Notes: generated by a model not told the origin, from the letters alone. Positions 19,212-29,287 are shown, numbered from the stretch's first letter. The stretch: 64,000 nt of DNA from an uncultured Bacteroidota bacterium (GCA_903831265.1 CAIKXD010000028.1:9414-73413); one strand, 5' to 3'. Program-made: numbers and translations.

Positions 19212-22200
19212 ATGAAAAATTACTGCTTTAAATCACTTTTATTTACATTCTTTTTACTGCAAATTAGTGCACATGTTTACTCACAAAACGGAAATATATC
19301 TGGTAAAATAATTGACAAATTAACCGGTGAAGAAATCATTGGAGCTGTTGTAAAAATAGACAGCACAAATACTGCTACTTCAACTGATTTAAGTGGCAAC
19401 TACAATTTAAAAGTACCCGCAGGCAACCATACAATTGTATGCAACTTTATAAGTTACAGAAAAATTATTGTAAAAAATGTATCAGTTAAAGCAGGAGAAA
19501 GCATCACACTTGATTTTACTTTAGAATCTGATAATGTAGAAATTAAAGAAGTAGTAATTGAAGCTGTGCAACAAAGAAACACAGATGCATCTTTAATCTC
19601 CATTCAAAAAAAATCATTCGCTGTGCAAGATGGTATTTCGGCACAACAAATGGCACGCACGGGCAGCAGCAATGCTGCAGAATCAATGAAACAAATGACT
19701 GGCGCCAATGTAGAAGATGGCAAATTTATGGTAATGCGCGGGCTAGGCGATAGATATTCTATTGCACAATTAAACGGACTTCCAATTCCAAGTAGTGACC
19801 CTTATCGCAATGCATCTAGTTTAGATTTAATTCCTTCATCATTTGTTGACAATATTGTTACCACAAAAACCTTTACGCCAGATCAACCGGGCAATTTTGC
19901 AGGAGGAAATTTAAATATTAGCACTAAAAGTTTTCCTGAAAAACCTTATGTAACTGTAAACATTTCACAATCAATGAATACGCTTTCTTCTATGAATGGC
20001 GATTTTCTTAGTTATCAAGGTGGAAGCACAGACTGGAGAGGAGTTGATGATGATACTAGAAAAGTACCTTTGATTGCTTTAAATGATTCGATCAGAGATA
20101 TGATTAATTCAAGTTTATACCTTGATGCACGCAAAAAAAGCAAAGACTTTGAAATAGAAAGACAACTGTTTAATAGCTCGGCTAAAGTTTTTAGCAATGA
20201 ATTTATTGCAGAAAAAACTGGTGAAGCAAATAACGAAAGCGGTGTGGGATATCAATTAAGGCAAGCATTTGGTTTAAATAATAATTATAATAAAACCCCC
20301 TTAAACAACAACTACAGCCTTGCAGCTGGACAAAGGTATGTGATTGGAAAAACCGAAATTGGGATGACAATTGGAGGAAATTATCAAAGAAATTTTACAC
20401 ATTATAACGATGGAGAAATAAATACCTTCATCAACACCAATACCGAAAAATTATTTGCGTACCAAGCACTTAAAGAAACTAAAAGTATTGATAATCCTCA
20501 ACTTGGAGGACTAGCTAATTTAGCAGTAAAGATTGCTAAAAAACACACAATCGGTATAACTGGTATTTACAGCAATGATGCAGAAAAAGTTGCACGTCAG
20601 CAATCTGGTACTTTTATGGGACAAGTATCAGATTCACGCGCTCAATTTAATACCAATGTATTAGAATTTACACAAAGAGAATTAAAGACACTTGTTGTTA
20701 ATGGAAGCCACAGTTTTAAACTATTAAATGGTTTAGATATCGATTGGTCGGCAAGTAATACCAATACACGCCAATACGAGCCAGATTTGCGTTATTTTGC
20801 TTATACCTCTGTTAAAGATACTGCCGATTCGGTTGGTGCAAATGGTGATTTAGTAAGATACCTCGATACTGCTTATTACATGAACAATGCTGAGTTTGCA
20901 TTTCCATATCACTTTTATAGAGATTTAAAAGATAGTCAACAACAAGCAAAAATTGATTTTACATTAAACATTAATAAGTCGCAAAGCTTTAAAATAAAGT
21001 GGGGTGGATATTACAGTTCAACTAAAAGAAAATTCGAGGAGTATCGCTTTCAAATGAACAACTCGGGCATTCAATCTTCACAAAAGTTATTGTTAGATAA
21101 TTACAATGGCGATTTAAATGCATTTTTAGATAGTGATAATTTTGGCATTACCGATACAACTAGAAACTCGCAAGGTGCTATCACAAGATATGCTACAGGC
21201 TGGCATTACATCAATCAAGTTAACAACAGAAACTTTTATACGGGCCAACAAGATATTACTGCAGCCTACGCCATGACAGTATTTTCACCACTTAAAAATT
21301 TAAAAATAATTACAGGTGCGCGCATCGAAAGTACCAACTTAAATGTAGCAAGCCGCGATACAAATGCCATATTTTATTCAATTAATGGCGATAGTATTAT
21401 CGATCCAGGTAAGCTAAAATTATTAGATCTTTTACCATCTATAAATACTGTTTATGCTTTAACCGAAAAATCTAACTTAAGATTGGCATTTAGTCAAACA
21501 ATTGCACGTCCAAACATGAGAGAATTAGCTCCTTTCGAGCAGTTTGATACAAAAAATGGTTTTTACAACGTGGGTAATCCAGGCTTAAAAAGAACCTTAA
21601 TTAATAACTTCGATATTCGTTATGAGTTTTACACACGTCCTGGAGAAATAATTGCCGTAAGTGCTTACTATAAAACCTTTAAAGATCCTATCATTAGAGC
21701 ATTTAATCCTAAGGCAACTATACCAGAGCTTAGCTTTGTAAATGTTGATAAAGCAGAAGTATTAGGTGCCGAATTCGAATTCAGAAAAAGCTTAGATTTT
21801 ATTTCCCCTTTCTTGCACGATTTTTACATAAATACCAACTTAACTTTAATCAATTCTCGTGTTGATATTCCAGTAAAAGAAATTGAAAATTCTAAAAATG
21901 TTGACTCAACTTATGCTGTAGAAAGCCGCCCGTTTCAAGGACAAGCGCCTTACATTGTAAATGCTATTTTAACCTATGCCAATCCTAAAATTGGTCACGA
22001 AAGTTCACTATCATTCAACGTATCTGGACCAAAATTATACAGCATTTCATTATTTGCCACGCCCGATATTTATGAATCACCAGTGCCATTTTTAAATTTT
22101 AAAACCACTCAAAATGTGGGTAAATACTGGCAATTTTCGCTAGTTATGCGCAATTTATTAAACGCAAAAGTGTCTAAAACGCAAGTTTACCGTGGCCAAA

Positions 22201-22268
22201 CCTATTATGCCGAAACATTTCAAATTGGAAGAACATTTGGCTTAGGAGTAAGCTTTAAAATCAAATAA
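19212..22268 (+). CDS. TonB-dependent outer-membrane receptor (1018 aa) with an N-terminal CarboxypepD_reg-like domain
   Basis: Signal peptide, then GKIIDKLTGEEIIGAVVKIDST...TDLSGNYNL. A plug region follows (MKQMTGANVEDGKFMVMRGLGDRYS...LNGLPIP) and then a C-terminal barrel (...GRTFGLGVSFKIK). It is a paralog of 10962..14021. Confidence 0.9.
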   Translation: MKNYCFKSLLFTFFLLQISAHVYSQNGNISGKIIDKLTGEEIIGAVVKIDSTNTATSTDLSGNYNLKVPAGNHTIVCNFISYRKIIVKNVSVKAGESITLDFTLESDNVEIKEVVIEAVQQRNTDASLISIQKKSFAVQDGISAQQMARTGSSNAAESMKQMTGANVEDGKFMVMRGLGDRYSIAQLNGLPIPSSDPYRNASSLDLIPSSFVDNIVTTKTFTPDQPGNFAGGNLNISTKSFPEKPYVTVNISQSMNTLSSMNGDFLSYQGGSTDWRGVDDDTRKVPLIALNDSIRDMINSSLYLDARKKSKDFEIERQLFNSSAKVFSNEFIAEKTGEANNESGVGYQLRQAFGLNNNYNKTPLNNNYSLAAGQRYVIGKTEIGMTIGGNYQRNFTHYNDGEINTFINTNTEKLFAYQALKETKSIDNPQLGGLANLAVKIAKKHTIGITGIYSNDAEKVARQQSGTFMGQVSDSRAQFNTNVLEFTQRELKTLVVNGSHSFKLLNGLDIDWSASNTNTRQYEPDLRYFAYTSVKDTADSVGANGDLVRYLDTAYYMNNAEFAFPYHFYRDLKDSQQQAKIDFTLNINKSQSFKIKWGGYYSSTKRKFEEYRFQMNNSGIQSSQKLLLDNYNGDLNAFLDSDNFGITDTTRNSQGAITRYATGWHYINQVNNRNFYTGQQDITAAYAMTVFSPLKNLKIITGARIESTNLNVASRDTNAIFYSINGDSIIDPGKLKLLDLLPSINTVYALTEKSNLRLAFSQTIARPNMRELAPFEQFDTKNGFYNVGNPGLKRTLINNFDIRYEFYTRPGEIIAVSAYYKTFKDPIIRAFNPKATIPELSFVNVDKAEVLGAEFEFRKSLDFISPFLHDFYINTNLTLINSRVDIPVKEIENSKNVDSTYAVESRPFQGQAPYIVNAILTYANPKIGHESSLSFNVSGPKLYSISLFATPDIYESPVPFLNFKTTQNVGKYWQFSLVMRNLLNAKVSKTQVYRGQTYYAETFQIGRTFGLGVSFKIK

Positions 22269-22282
22269 ATTAGTTTCCCCAA

Positions 22283-22365
22283 CCTGAGCAAAGCTAAAGA
22301 GGGCAATCCCATCGCTTTGCTCAGGGCCGGGCCATCCGCGCTACACGGTAGCTTGCTCCTGTCCC
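22283..22365 (+). repeat. GC-rich structured intergenic element, copy A (hairpin plus conserved tail); second copy at 48775..48855
   Basis: The inverted repeat is cctgagcaaagc-N19-gctttgctcagg, followed by gccgggccatccgcgctacacggtagcttgctcctgtccc. This is ~70% identical to the tail of copy B and shares the tgagcaaagc arm. It is a GC island in AT-rich DNA just downstream of the receptor gene. Confidence 0.5.
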
Positions 22366-22779
22366 TATTGCAAATCAATTAACACAACACAATAAATATT
22401 CTGGCGCGAGTCATCTGAGACTTGTGCCTATTCAAATTATACCAGCACAAGTCTTCAGGCTCATATACCCATTACATTTTCAATTTAGTCCAATTGCGGC
22501 CAAGCCTTATTGTACTAGTTTCAAGTTGTATCGGCATTAACCATTGTAAATTTATTAAACAGCTTTGGGCTATTTAATAAATACAATCGGTATTATACCA
22601 TTACTTGCGTAAAATTAGTCCAATCCGTTTCTTCTACAATGCACATAGAGTAGCTCTTATGGCGTAATTCATTGAACTATTTCAGTAAACACATAGGTAT
22701 TAATTTGCAATTAAAAAAATAGACCTAATTTATTCCCTAATTTTTAGTATTTTTGAGAATCAAAACTTATTTAACCCAA

Positions 22780-24024
22780 ATGAAAAAAATATTTACACTA
22801 GTATTGCTAGCATTAGCATTTGAAAATTCAAATGCACAAAATTGTATCGAAAACACCAATAGCATTAGCTTTGATGGTTTTAGCACGAGTGCTACATCTA
22901 GCAGTCAAAGCAACCTGAATATTACCGATTCCATTACTGTAGAAGCATGGATCAATCCAAATTCCTTTGGCTTTAATTCGGCTCAAAACTCTATTGTTTG
23001 CAAACACGGATGGAGCAGTGGCGAAGGTGGCTTTGTATTACGCTGTGGTGGTTCTGGTGAATTAGCTTTTAATATTGCTGGCCTTGATATCAATCAAAAT
23101 CCAACAAGTTGGAAAGAAGTATTTACACCAACTAACGCTTTAACACTTAATACCTGGACTCATGTTGCTGGTTCATACGATGGTCAAAATTTAAGGGTGT
23201 TTGTTAATGGTGTTGAACAAAATATTGCACCTTTTGCAGGAAGTATTGCAAATTCGCAAAATTATCCAATAACCTTAGGCAAACTAAGCGACCCTAACCA
23301 GTTTGCTCAACGCTTCTTCGATGGAAAAATGGATGAAGTACGCATTTGGCACCGTGCGCTAACAGCCAATGAATTAATGGCTAATATGAATAAACATATT
23401 GATCCTACAACAGCAGTTAACTTAGTTTCTTATTGGCGTTTTAATGAAGGTACAGGAAATACTAGTATTGACTTACAAAGTACAAACGATTTAACCGTTA
23501 ATGGTAATAATTGGGATATTTCGGTTCCTTTTAATCAAGTTCCTCCTACCCCTGTAATTTCTTTTAATGGCTTTGAATTAATTGCATCAACCACAGGTGG
23601 AAATTGGTATTTAAATGGCAACATAATTCCTAATGCTATTGATAGCAATTATACACCTGCAGTAAATGGTGATTATACTTTTACAACCAATCCAAATAGC
23701 GATGGATGCACCAATACTAGTTTAATTTACACTCTAACAAGTGTGGGTATGCAAAATCTAAATTTCAATATCACGGCAAATGTTTTCCCTAATCCAATAA
23801 TAGATGAAGCAACACTTGCAGTAAATTCAAATGTAATATTAAACAATAGCATTTTGGTTATTACCGATATCGCAGGTCGAAAAGTTTATGCTGAAAATAC
23901 CGCTTTAAAACAAGGCTTAAATCAAGTAAAGATTTCCAAAAACAACTTAAATTCAGGCGTCTATTTTTACGAAATTTTAAATAATAGCCAAAGTTTAACC
24001 AAAGGCAAATTGATGTTAAAATAA
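22780..24024 (+). CDS. LamG-like (concanavalin A-like lectin/glucanase) jellyroll domain protein, T9SS cargo
   Basis: Laminin_G_3-type motifs are present: ITDSITVEAWINPNSF, NTWTHVAGSYDGQNLRVFVNGVEQ, GKMDEVRIWHRALTANEL. The T9SS C-terminal domain is VFPNPIIDEATL...GVYFYEILNNSQSLTKGKLMLK. The likely start is MKKIF at 22780; the ORF opens at 22753. Confidence 0.8.
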   Translation: MKKIFTLVLLALAFENSNAQNCIENTNSISFDGFSTSATSSSQSNLNITDSITVEAWINPNSFGFNSAQNSIVCKHGWSSGEGGFVLRCGGSGELAFNIAGLDINQNPTSWKEVFTPTNALTLNTWTHVAGSYDGQNLRVFVNGVEQNIAPFAGSIANSQNYPITLGKLSDPNQFAQRFFDGKMDEVRIWHRALTANELMANMNKHIDPTTAVNLVSYWRFNEGTGNTSIDLQSTNDLTVNGNNWDISVPFNQVPPTPVISFNGFELIASTTGGNWYLNGNIIPNAIDSNYTPAVNGDYTFTTNPNSDGCTNTSLIYTLTSVGMQNLNFNITANVFPNPIIDEATLAVNSNVILNNSILVITDIAGRKVYAENTALKQGLNQVKISKNNLNSGVYFYEILNNSQSLTKGKLMLK

Positions 24025-24046
24025 TAAATAGTTAATTCTTATACAT

Positions 24047-24082
24047 AAAAGCGCTTTGTAAATCTTAGCGCTTTTATTTTTT
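24047..24082. terminator. Rho-independent terminator hairpin (aaaagcgct...agcgctttt plus TATTTTTT) between convergent genes
   Basis: It has a 9-bp stem, an 11-nt loop and a T-run on the plus strand. There is an A-run on the other side, so it can act bidirectionally. Confidence 0.55.
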
Positions 24083-24241
24083 CCTTACATAGGGTTTTAC
24101 TTTTTATACCAATGTAATACCAATTGCATTAATTTTTTAGTCCAACTAAAAATAAATTTGCAATGTTTAATGTCAATACTATTTGGAATTAGCACAATAA
24201 GGCTTTAATACAATTCGTCTAAGTTGAAAGTGTAATCGGCA

Positions 24242-26230
24242 TTACATCTCAAAAACTTTCTTCCACACCGCAAAAGCAATAAACTTAAAAGTTCTGGTAT
24301 CATCAGGACCCAAATTATTACTAAACATTTGATCAAAATCGCGGTTTATTTTGTGCATATCAAAGTAATCTTTTAAACTATCATCAAAATATGGGCGCAC
24401 CGCATCTTTTATATTTTTAATCCATTGCGAGTTAGGGGTGGCAAAACCCATTTTATCTTTTCTGTTTAAAATAATATCGGGTACCACACCTCGCATCGAT
24501 TCGCGCAGTATGTGCTTGTTAACTCCATTTTTTATTTTGTAAGATGAAGGCAATTGAAAAGCATATTCAATTAAATTTATATCATCGGCAAAGGGTGTGC
24601 GCGACTCTACGCTATGCCACATACTACAACGGTCTTCGCACTTTAAATAAGCTTTTAAACGTGTATTGGTAAATTCCTGCATCAACATTTTATTGAGATT
24701 TTTTGGCACAGGTTCGCTTTGCAAACGATTTTTATTTTCGTTTAAAAATTGCGAATTTAAATAATATAAATCGCCAAAATAATTTCTATTTATTTGGTAC
24801 TGCACAAAGGCAGGTAACCTACGAATGGTAGAAAAACGCAAATGTTGTTTAGCAAAAAAGCTGTAGCGTAAATGCCAAGGCAAAAAACCTTTCATTTCAC
24901 TGTGTAATTTACCAAATTTAAATTGCTTTAAAATTTCGGCCCAATAGTTATACATGTAGCTGTGATAGCCACCAAACAATTCATCTCCACCTTGGCCATC
25001 TAAAACTACTTTAACACCTGCTTCTTTGGCCTTTTGCATTACTCTGTATTGCGCATAAGTACTGGTGCTCCAAATAGGTACATCCTGACAATAAATTAAA
25101 TTTTCAAGATCGCTAACTAATTCATCAGAATTAGGAAAAACACGGTAAAAAGCGCTATTAGTTTGCTCTGCCACGCGCGCTGCAAATGGACTTTCATCAA
25201 TAGTAATATCATTAAAAGAGGCGGTAAACAAGTTAATTTTTTCTTTAACACCACTTTCTTTATTTAAATTATCCATCAACGAAACAATGGCGCTACTATC
25301 AATTCCTCCACTCAAACATGCACCCACACTAACATCGGCTCTAAGGCGGAGTTTTACGGCATTGATTAGAAGCTCAGCTACCCGATCTTTTGCTACAATA
25401 AATTTTTCTTCTTCATAACTTTCATACCTGGCATTTGTTTCTAAAACATAATATCTATCAACATTAAAGTTACCCGTATTTACATGCAATTCAAAACTAT
25501 GTGCTGGAAAAAGTTCATTAATGTGTTTAAAAAAACTCAATGTTTCATATTCTATTTCACCTTTTACGAAGTAGTCGTAAACGGCTTCTTGCCTTATGCC
25601 TGTTTGTATGAATGGCATTTTTACTAAAGCTTTTTGCTCTGAGGCAAAGGCAAAAACATCTTTATCTTTATAGTAATAAAATGGCTTAACTCCAAAGCGA
25701 TCGCGTGCGCCAAAAAGTATATTTTTTGTTTTGTCGAAAATTACAAAAGCCCACATTCCATTGAACTTCTGTAAGCATTTTTTACCCCAAACTTTATAGG
25801 CAAAAAGTACCACTTCGGTATCGCTTTCTGATTTAAAAATACAACCTTTATCTTGGAGTTCTTTTCTAATTTCAATGTAGTTGTATATCTCGCCATTAAA
25901 GGTAATCCACAAATTGCCCTCATCAATACACATAGGTTGATGCCCGCTTGCATTTAAATCAATAATCGAAAGTCTGCGATGAAGCAACACCATATCGTAA
26001 GCCTCATTAGCTTCATTAATATTAATCTGCGAAGCGTAATCTAATTGATTTTGAATACATGCTTGTGGGGTATCATTACCAAAGGCTGTTGTTGTTTTTT
26101 GTTGGTGATGCAATAAATAGCCTTCACCATCAGGTCCACGGTGCGCAATCAATTTATTTAATAAAATAGCCGATGATTTGATATCATTTACTTGCTTATT
26201 AAATCTTACTATGCCGCCAATACCACACAT
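24242..26230 (-). CDS. Asparagine synthase (glutamine-hydrolysing) family amidotransferase
   Basis: The N-terminal MCGIGG matches the Ntn glutaminase Cys2. The protein is 662 aa and carries a PP-loop SGGIDSS. Its end is 2 nt from the stop of an adjacent flippase-like gene. Confidence 0.85.
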   Translation of the reverse strand: MCGIGGIVRFNKQVNDIKSSAILLNKLIAHRGPDGEGYLLHHQQKTTTAFGNDTPQACIQNQLDYASQININEANEAYDMVLLHRRLSIIDLNASGHQPMCIDEGNLWITFNGEIYNYIEIRKELQDKGCIFKSESDTEVVLFAYKVWGKKCLQKFNGMWAFVIFDKTKNILFGARDRFGVKPFYYYKDKDVFAFASEQKALVKMPFIQTGIRQEAVYDYFVKGEIEYETLSFFKHINELFPAHSFELHVNTGNFNVDRYYVLETNARYESYEEEKFIVAKDRVAELLINAVKLRLRADVSVGACLSGGIDSSAIVSLMDNLNKESGVKEKINLFTASFNDITIDESPFAARVAEQTNSAFYRVFPNSDELVSDLENLIYCQDVPIWSTSTYAQYRVMQKAKEAGVKVVLDGQGGDELFGGYHSYMYNYWAEILKQFKFGKLHSEMKGFLPWHLRYSFFAKQHLRFSTIRRLPAFVQYQINRNYFGDLYYLNSQFLNENKNRLQSEPVPKNLNKMLMQEFTNTRLKAYLKCEDRCSMWHSVESRTPFADDINLIEYAFQLPSSYKIKNGVNKHILRESMRGVVPDIILNRKDKMGFATPNSQWIKNIKDAVRPYFDDSLKDYFDMHKINRDFDQMFSNNLGPDDTRTFKFIAFAVWKKVFEM

Positions 26231-26232
26231 TT

Positions 26233-27525
26233 TTACCTCAGTTTATTTTTAAATTTTTCAAAAACTAATTTTACATCTGCTTTATTTGGAAGTAATTGAT
26301 GCGCTTTCCAGTGGTGCTCTTTTAAAAACAAACGTACAAAATAAATCATTGCCACTATGGCGCTGGCACTTATGATGAAGCCTGGCAATAGTATTGATGA
26401 AGTTTTTAAATAAAGTATCCCAGCAAAAATAGAAACAGCCAATGATAGAAATCCTACCGCTGCATTTATTTTAAACTTACCTAATCCCGAATAATAATGA
26501 CTAATTACCTGGCTAATACTGTTTGCTAATGCACCTGGAATAAGTGTAAGAATTATAATTTTAATTCCGCTAAAATCTTTTCCAAAGATAGTACTCATTA
26601 AAGTTTCGGGAAAAACACTTAATACAAAAAGGATCACAAATGATATAAGTAACGATAACTTAATTAGTTTAAGGGCAGTGCTTGCGGCTTTTAATTTATC
26701 GGTTTCATTAGATACAGTGCTTGCCGTAATTAAAGCCACGCTGCTACTAAATAACATAGCAGCCTCAGTGATAGATAACGCTGTGCTTAACACACCTACA
26801 AAAGCCAACGATAAAAAGTGACTCGAAAAATAAAAGGTAACTCTGCTGCTCATTAAATGTGTTAAGCTAGCCAACTGCGTAAGTATGCCGTTGTTAAATA
26901 AAATTTTAAGCGTTGGTTTTTGAGTTATATTTTCATCATTTTTCCATACAAAAGAAGTATATTTTAATCCTAATAAAAATGCAGCAGCATAAGCAATAAG
27001 CAAGGCGTAGAAATAACTTTGAATTTGGTATTGCTTTTGAAAAATGAAGCTCATAAAAACTAAAAATAATATTACACTTTGGATTAAAGCAATGCTATTA
27101 AAAGCTTTTATTTTTTGATGGCCAAGTAAAATAAATTGATGAATGGAACCTAAACAGAGCATCAAGCTGCACGCAGCAACCAATGGAAAAAACTGAACAT
27201 CATAAAAGTTAAATAGACCTAAAAGCAAACTCGATAAAACACTTATAACTACCGCCCACAAGTAAGCGTATTTTGCAATACTACTATTGTTGAAACGTGG
27301 CACAAGATATACCACTGCCGGGCCACCAATAATTTCGTTAATTAAACCAGCAATAGCAACGGCTAACATACACAAACTAATACTTCCCCTTATTTCTGCG
27401 CCCATTAATTTGGCGGTAATTATAATAATAGCAAAGTTCAAAACAGACACTATTATCCTTGTGAAAAAAGTGCCCGTAATATTTTTTAGCATGCGTTTTT
27501 GTTGTGATAAATAATAATAACGCAA
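26233..27525 (-). CDS. Oligosaccharide flippase (Wzx/MOP superfamily) polytopic membrane protein
   Basis: It is a 430-aa hydrophobic protein with ~12 predicted TM segments. The N-terminal region is typical of polysaccharide biosynthesis/MATE-like flippases. Confidence 0.65.
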   Translation of the reverse strand: MRYYYLSQQKRMLKNITGTFFTRIIVSVLNFAIIIITAKLMGAEIRGSISLCMLAVAIAGLINEIIGGPAVVYLVPRFNNSSIAKYAYLWAVVISVLSSLLLGLFNFYDVQFFPLVAACSLMLCLGSIHQFILLGHQKIKAFNSIALIQSVILFLVFMSFIFQKQYQIQSYFYALLIAYAAAFLLGLKYTSFVWKNDENITQKPTLKILFNNGILTQLASLTHLMSSRVTFYFSSHFLSLAFVGVLSTALSITEAAMLFSSSVALITASTVSNETDKLKAASTALKLIKLSLLISFVILFVLSVFPETLMSTIFGKDFSGIKIIILTLIPGALANSISQVISHYYSGLGKFKINAAVGFLSLAVSIFAGILYLKTSSILLPGFIISASAIVAMIYFVRLFLKEHHWKAHQLLPNKADVKLVFEKFKNKLR

Positions 27526-27612
27526 AAAAAGACAATTTCTTTAACAGTGTGCGCATTATGTAGCTTTAATTTAGCGAATAAAACTAATTTTGCCAAATAT
27601 TGATTAAATAAT

Positions 27613-28755
27613 ATGTCATTTAAAACTACAACTTTAGGTATTTTAGGCGGTGGGCAACTTGGTAAAATGCTTATACAGGAAGCTGTGAACTTAAATATTG
27701 AATTATTTGTTTTGGATCCCGACCAACATGCGCCTTGTAAACATTTAGTTCCTCATTTTACTTGTGGCAGTTTGCAGGATTTTAATACAGTTTATGAATT
27801 TGGCAAACAGGTAGAAGTGCTTACCATTGAAATTGAGCACGTAAATGTGGACGCACTTTTTAAATTGGAAGAAGAAGGCGTTAAAGTTTTTCCACAGCCT
27901 AAGGTGTTGAAAATGGTTCAAGATAAAGGCGCACAAAAAGTATTTTATAAAGAAAATAATATACCAACAGCCCCATTTTTTTTAACGAACGATAAAGCTG
28001 AAAGTTTGCAAATATGGCAACAACAAGGCAAAGCATTTATGCAAAAGTTGCGCAAAGGCGGTTACGATGGAAAAGGAGTAACTAAACTCAGCCATGAGGC
28101 TGATTTGCAAAATGCATTTGATGCACCATGCGTAATGGAACTGTTGGTTAATTTTAAAAAAGAAATTGCAGTTATTGTTGCTCGCAATACCAAAGGCGAA
28201 TTGGCTGTTTATGATGTGGTAGAAATGGACTTTAATCCACAACAAAATTTGGTAGAGTTTTTACAAATGCCTGCCAATGTTTCTAAATCTGTTGAAAGTG
28301 AAGCTAAAGCAATTGCGCAAAAAGTTGCAGAAAAGGCGGATATTATTGGCATTTTGGCCGTAGAAATGTTTTTAACACATGATGATGAAATTTTAGTAAA
28401 TGAAATTGCACCACGTGCACACAACAGTGGCCATCAAACCATAGAAGGCTGCAGAACATCGCAATACGCGCAACATTTACGCGCTATTTTAAATTTACCA
28501 TTAGGTAATACCACATGCCATACGCCATCTATTATGGTAAATTTACTGGGCGCAGCAGGTCAAACAGGTGATGCTATTTATGAAGGTTTGGAAGAAGCAA
28601 TGCAATTACCAAATGTATATGTACATTTATATGGAAAAAAAACTACCAAACCATACCGTAAAATGGGCCATGTAACTATTTTGCATGAAAACATTGAGGA
28701 GGCCATAAAAAATGCACGATTGGTTCAAAGTATATTAAAAGTTACATCTTTGTAA
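27613..28755 (+). CDS. purK: N5-carboxyaminoimidazole ribonucleotide synthase
   Basis: TLGILGGGQLGKML is the ATP-grasp N-terminus. The protein is 380 aa and lies immediately upstream of purE. Confidence 0.9.
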   Translation: MSFKTTTLGILGGGQLGKMLIQEAVNLNIELFVLDPDQHAPCKHLVPHFTCGSLQDFNTVYEFGKQVEVLTIEIEHVNVDALFKLEEEGVKVFPQPKVLKMVQDKGAQKVFYKENNIPTAPFFLTNDKAESLQIWQQQGKAFMQKLRKGGYDGKGVTKLSHEADLQNAFDAPCVMELLVNFKKEIAVIVARNTKGELAVYDVVEMDFNPQQNLVEFLQMPANVSKSVESEAKAIAQKVAEKADIIGILAVEMFLTHDDEILVNEIAPRAHNSGHQTIEGCRTSQYAQHLRAILNLPLGNTTCHTPSIMVNLLGAAGQTGDAIYEGLEEAMQLPNVYVHLYGKKTTKPYRKMGHVTILHENIEEAIKNARLVQSILKVTSL

Positions 28756-28773
28756 AAAATTAAACATAAAACA

Positions 28774-29286
28774 ATGCAAGCAAAAGTTGGTATTATTATG
28801 GGAAGTCAGTCTGACTGGCCAGTAATGGAAGCAGCGGCAAAAATTTTGGAGGAATTTCAAATTCCTTTTGAAGTGCAAATTGTATCGGCACACCGTACAC
28901 CTGATTTGTTGATGGAATACGCTTCAAATGCACACAACAGAGGCATTCAGGCAATTATTGCGGGTGCTGGTGGTGCAGCGCACTTACCGGGAATGGTAGC
29001 ATCAAAAAGTCCTTTACCAGTAATTGGCGTTCCTGTAAAATCTAGCAATTCAATTGATGGTTGGGATTCTGTTTTATCTATTTTGCAAATGCCAACTGGC
29101 GTTCCTGTAGCCACTGTAGCGCTCAATGGTGCTGCAAATGCCGGAATTTTAGCAGCTCAAATTATTGGAGCAAATAATAAAGAAGTTTTAGCTAAAGTAA
29201 TGAGCTACAAAATTAATTTAGCCGATAAGGTGTTGAACAGTAAAATTCCGTTTCCTGATTTTAAATTTAGAGTAGATAGGAACTAG
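28774..29286 (+). CDS. purE: N5-carboxyaminoimidazole ribonucleotide mutase
   Basis: VGIIMGSQSDWPVM...IIAGAGGAAHLPGMVA is the classic PurE signature. The protein is 170 aa. Confidence 0.9.
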   Translation: MQAKVGIIMGSQSDWPVMEAAAKILEEFQIPFEVQIVSAHRTPDLLMEYASNAHNRGIQAIIAGAGGAAHLPGMVASKSPLPVIGVPVKSSNSIDGWDSVLSILQMPTGVPVATVALNGAANAGILAAQIIGANNKEVLAKVMSYKINLADKVLNSKIPFPDFKFRVDRN

Positions 29287-29287
29287 T

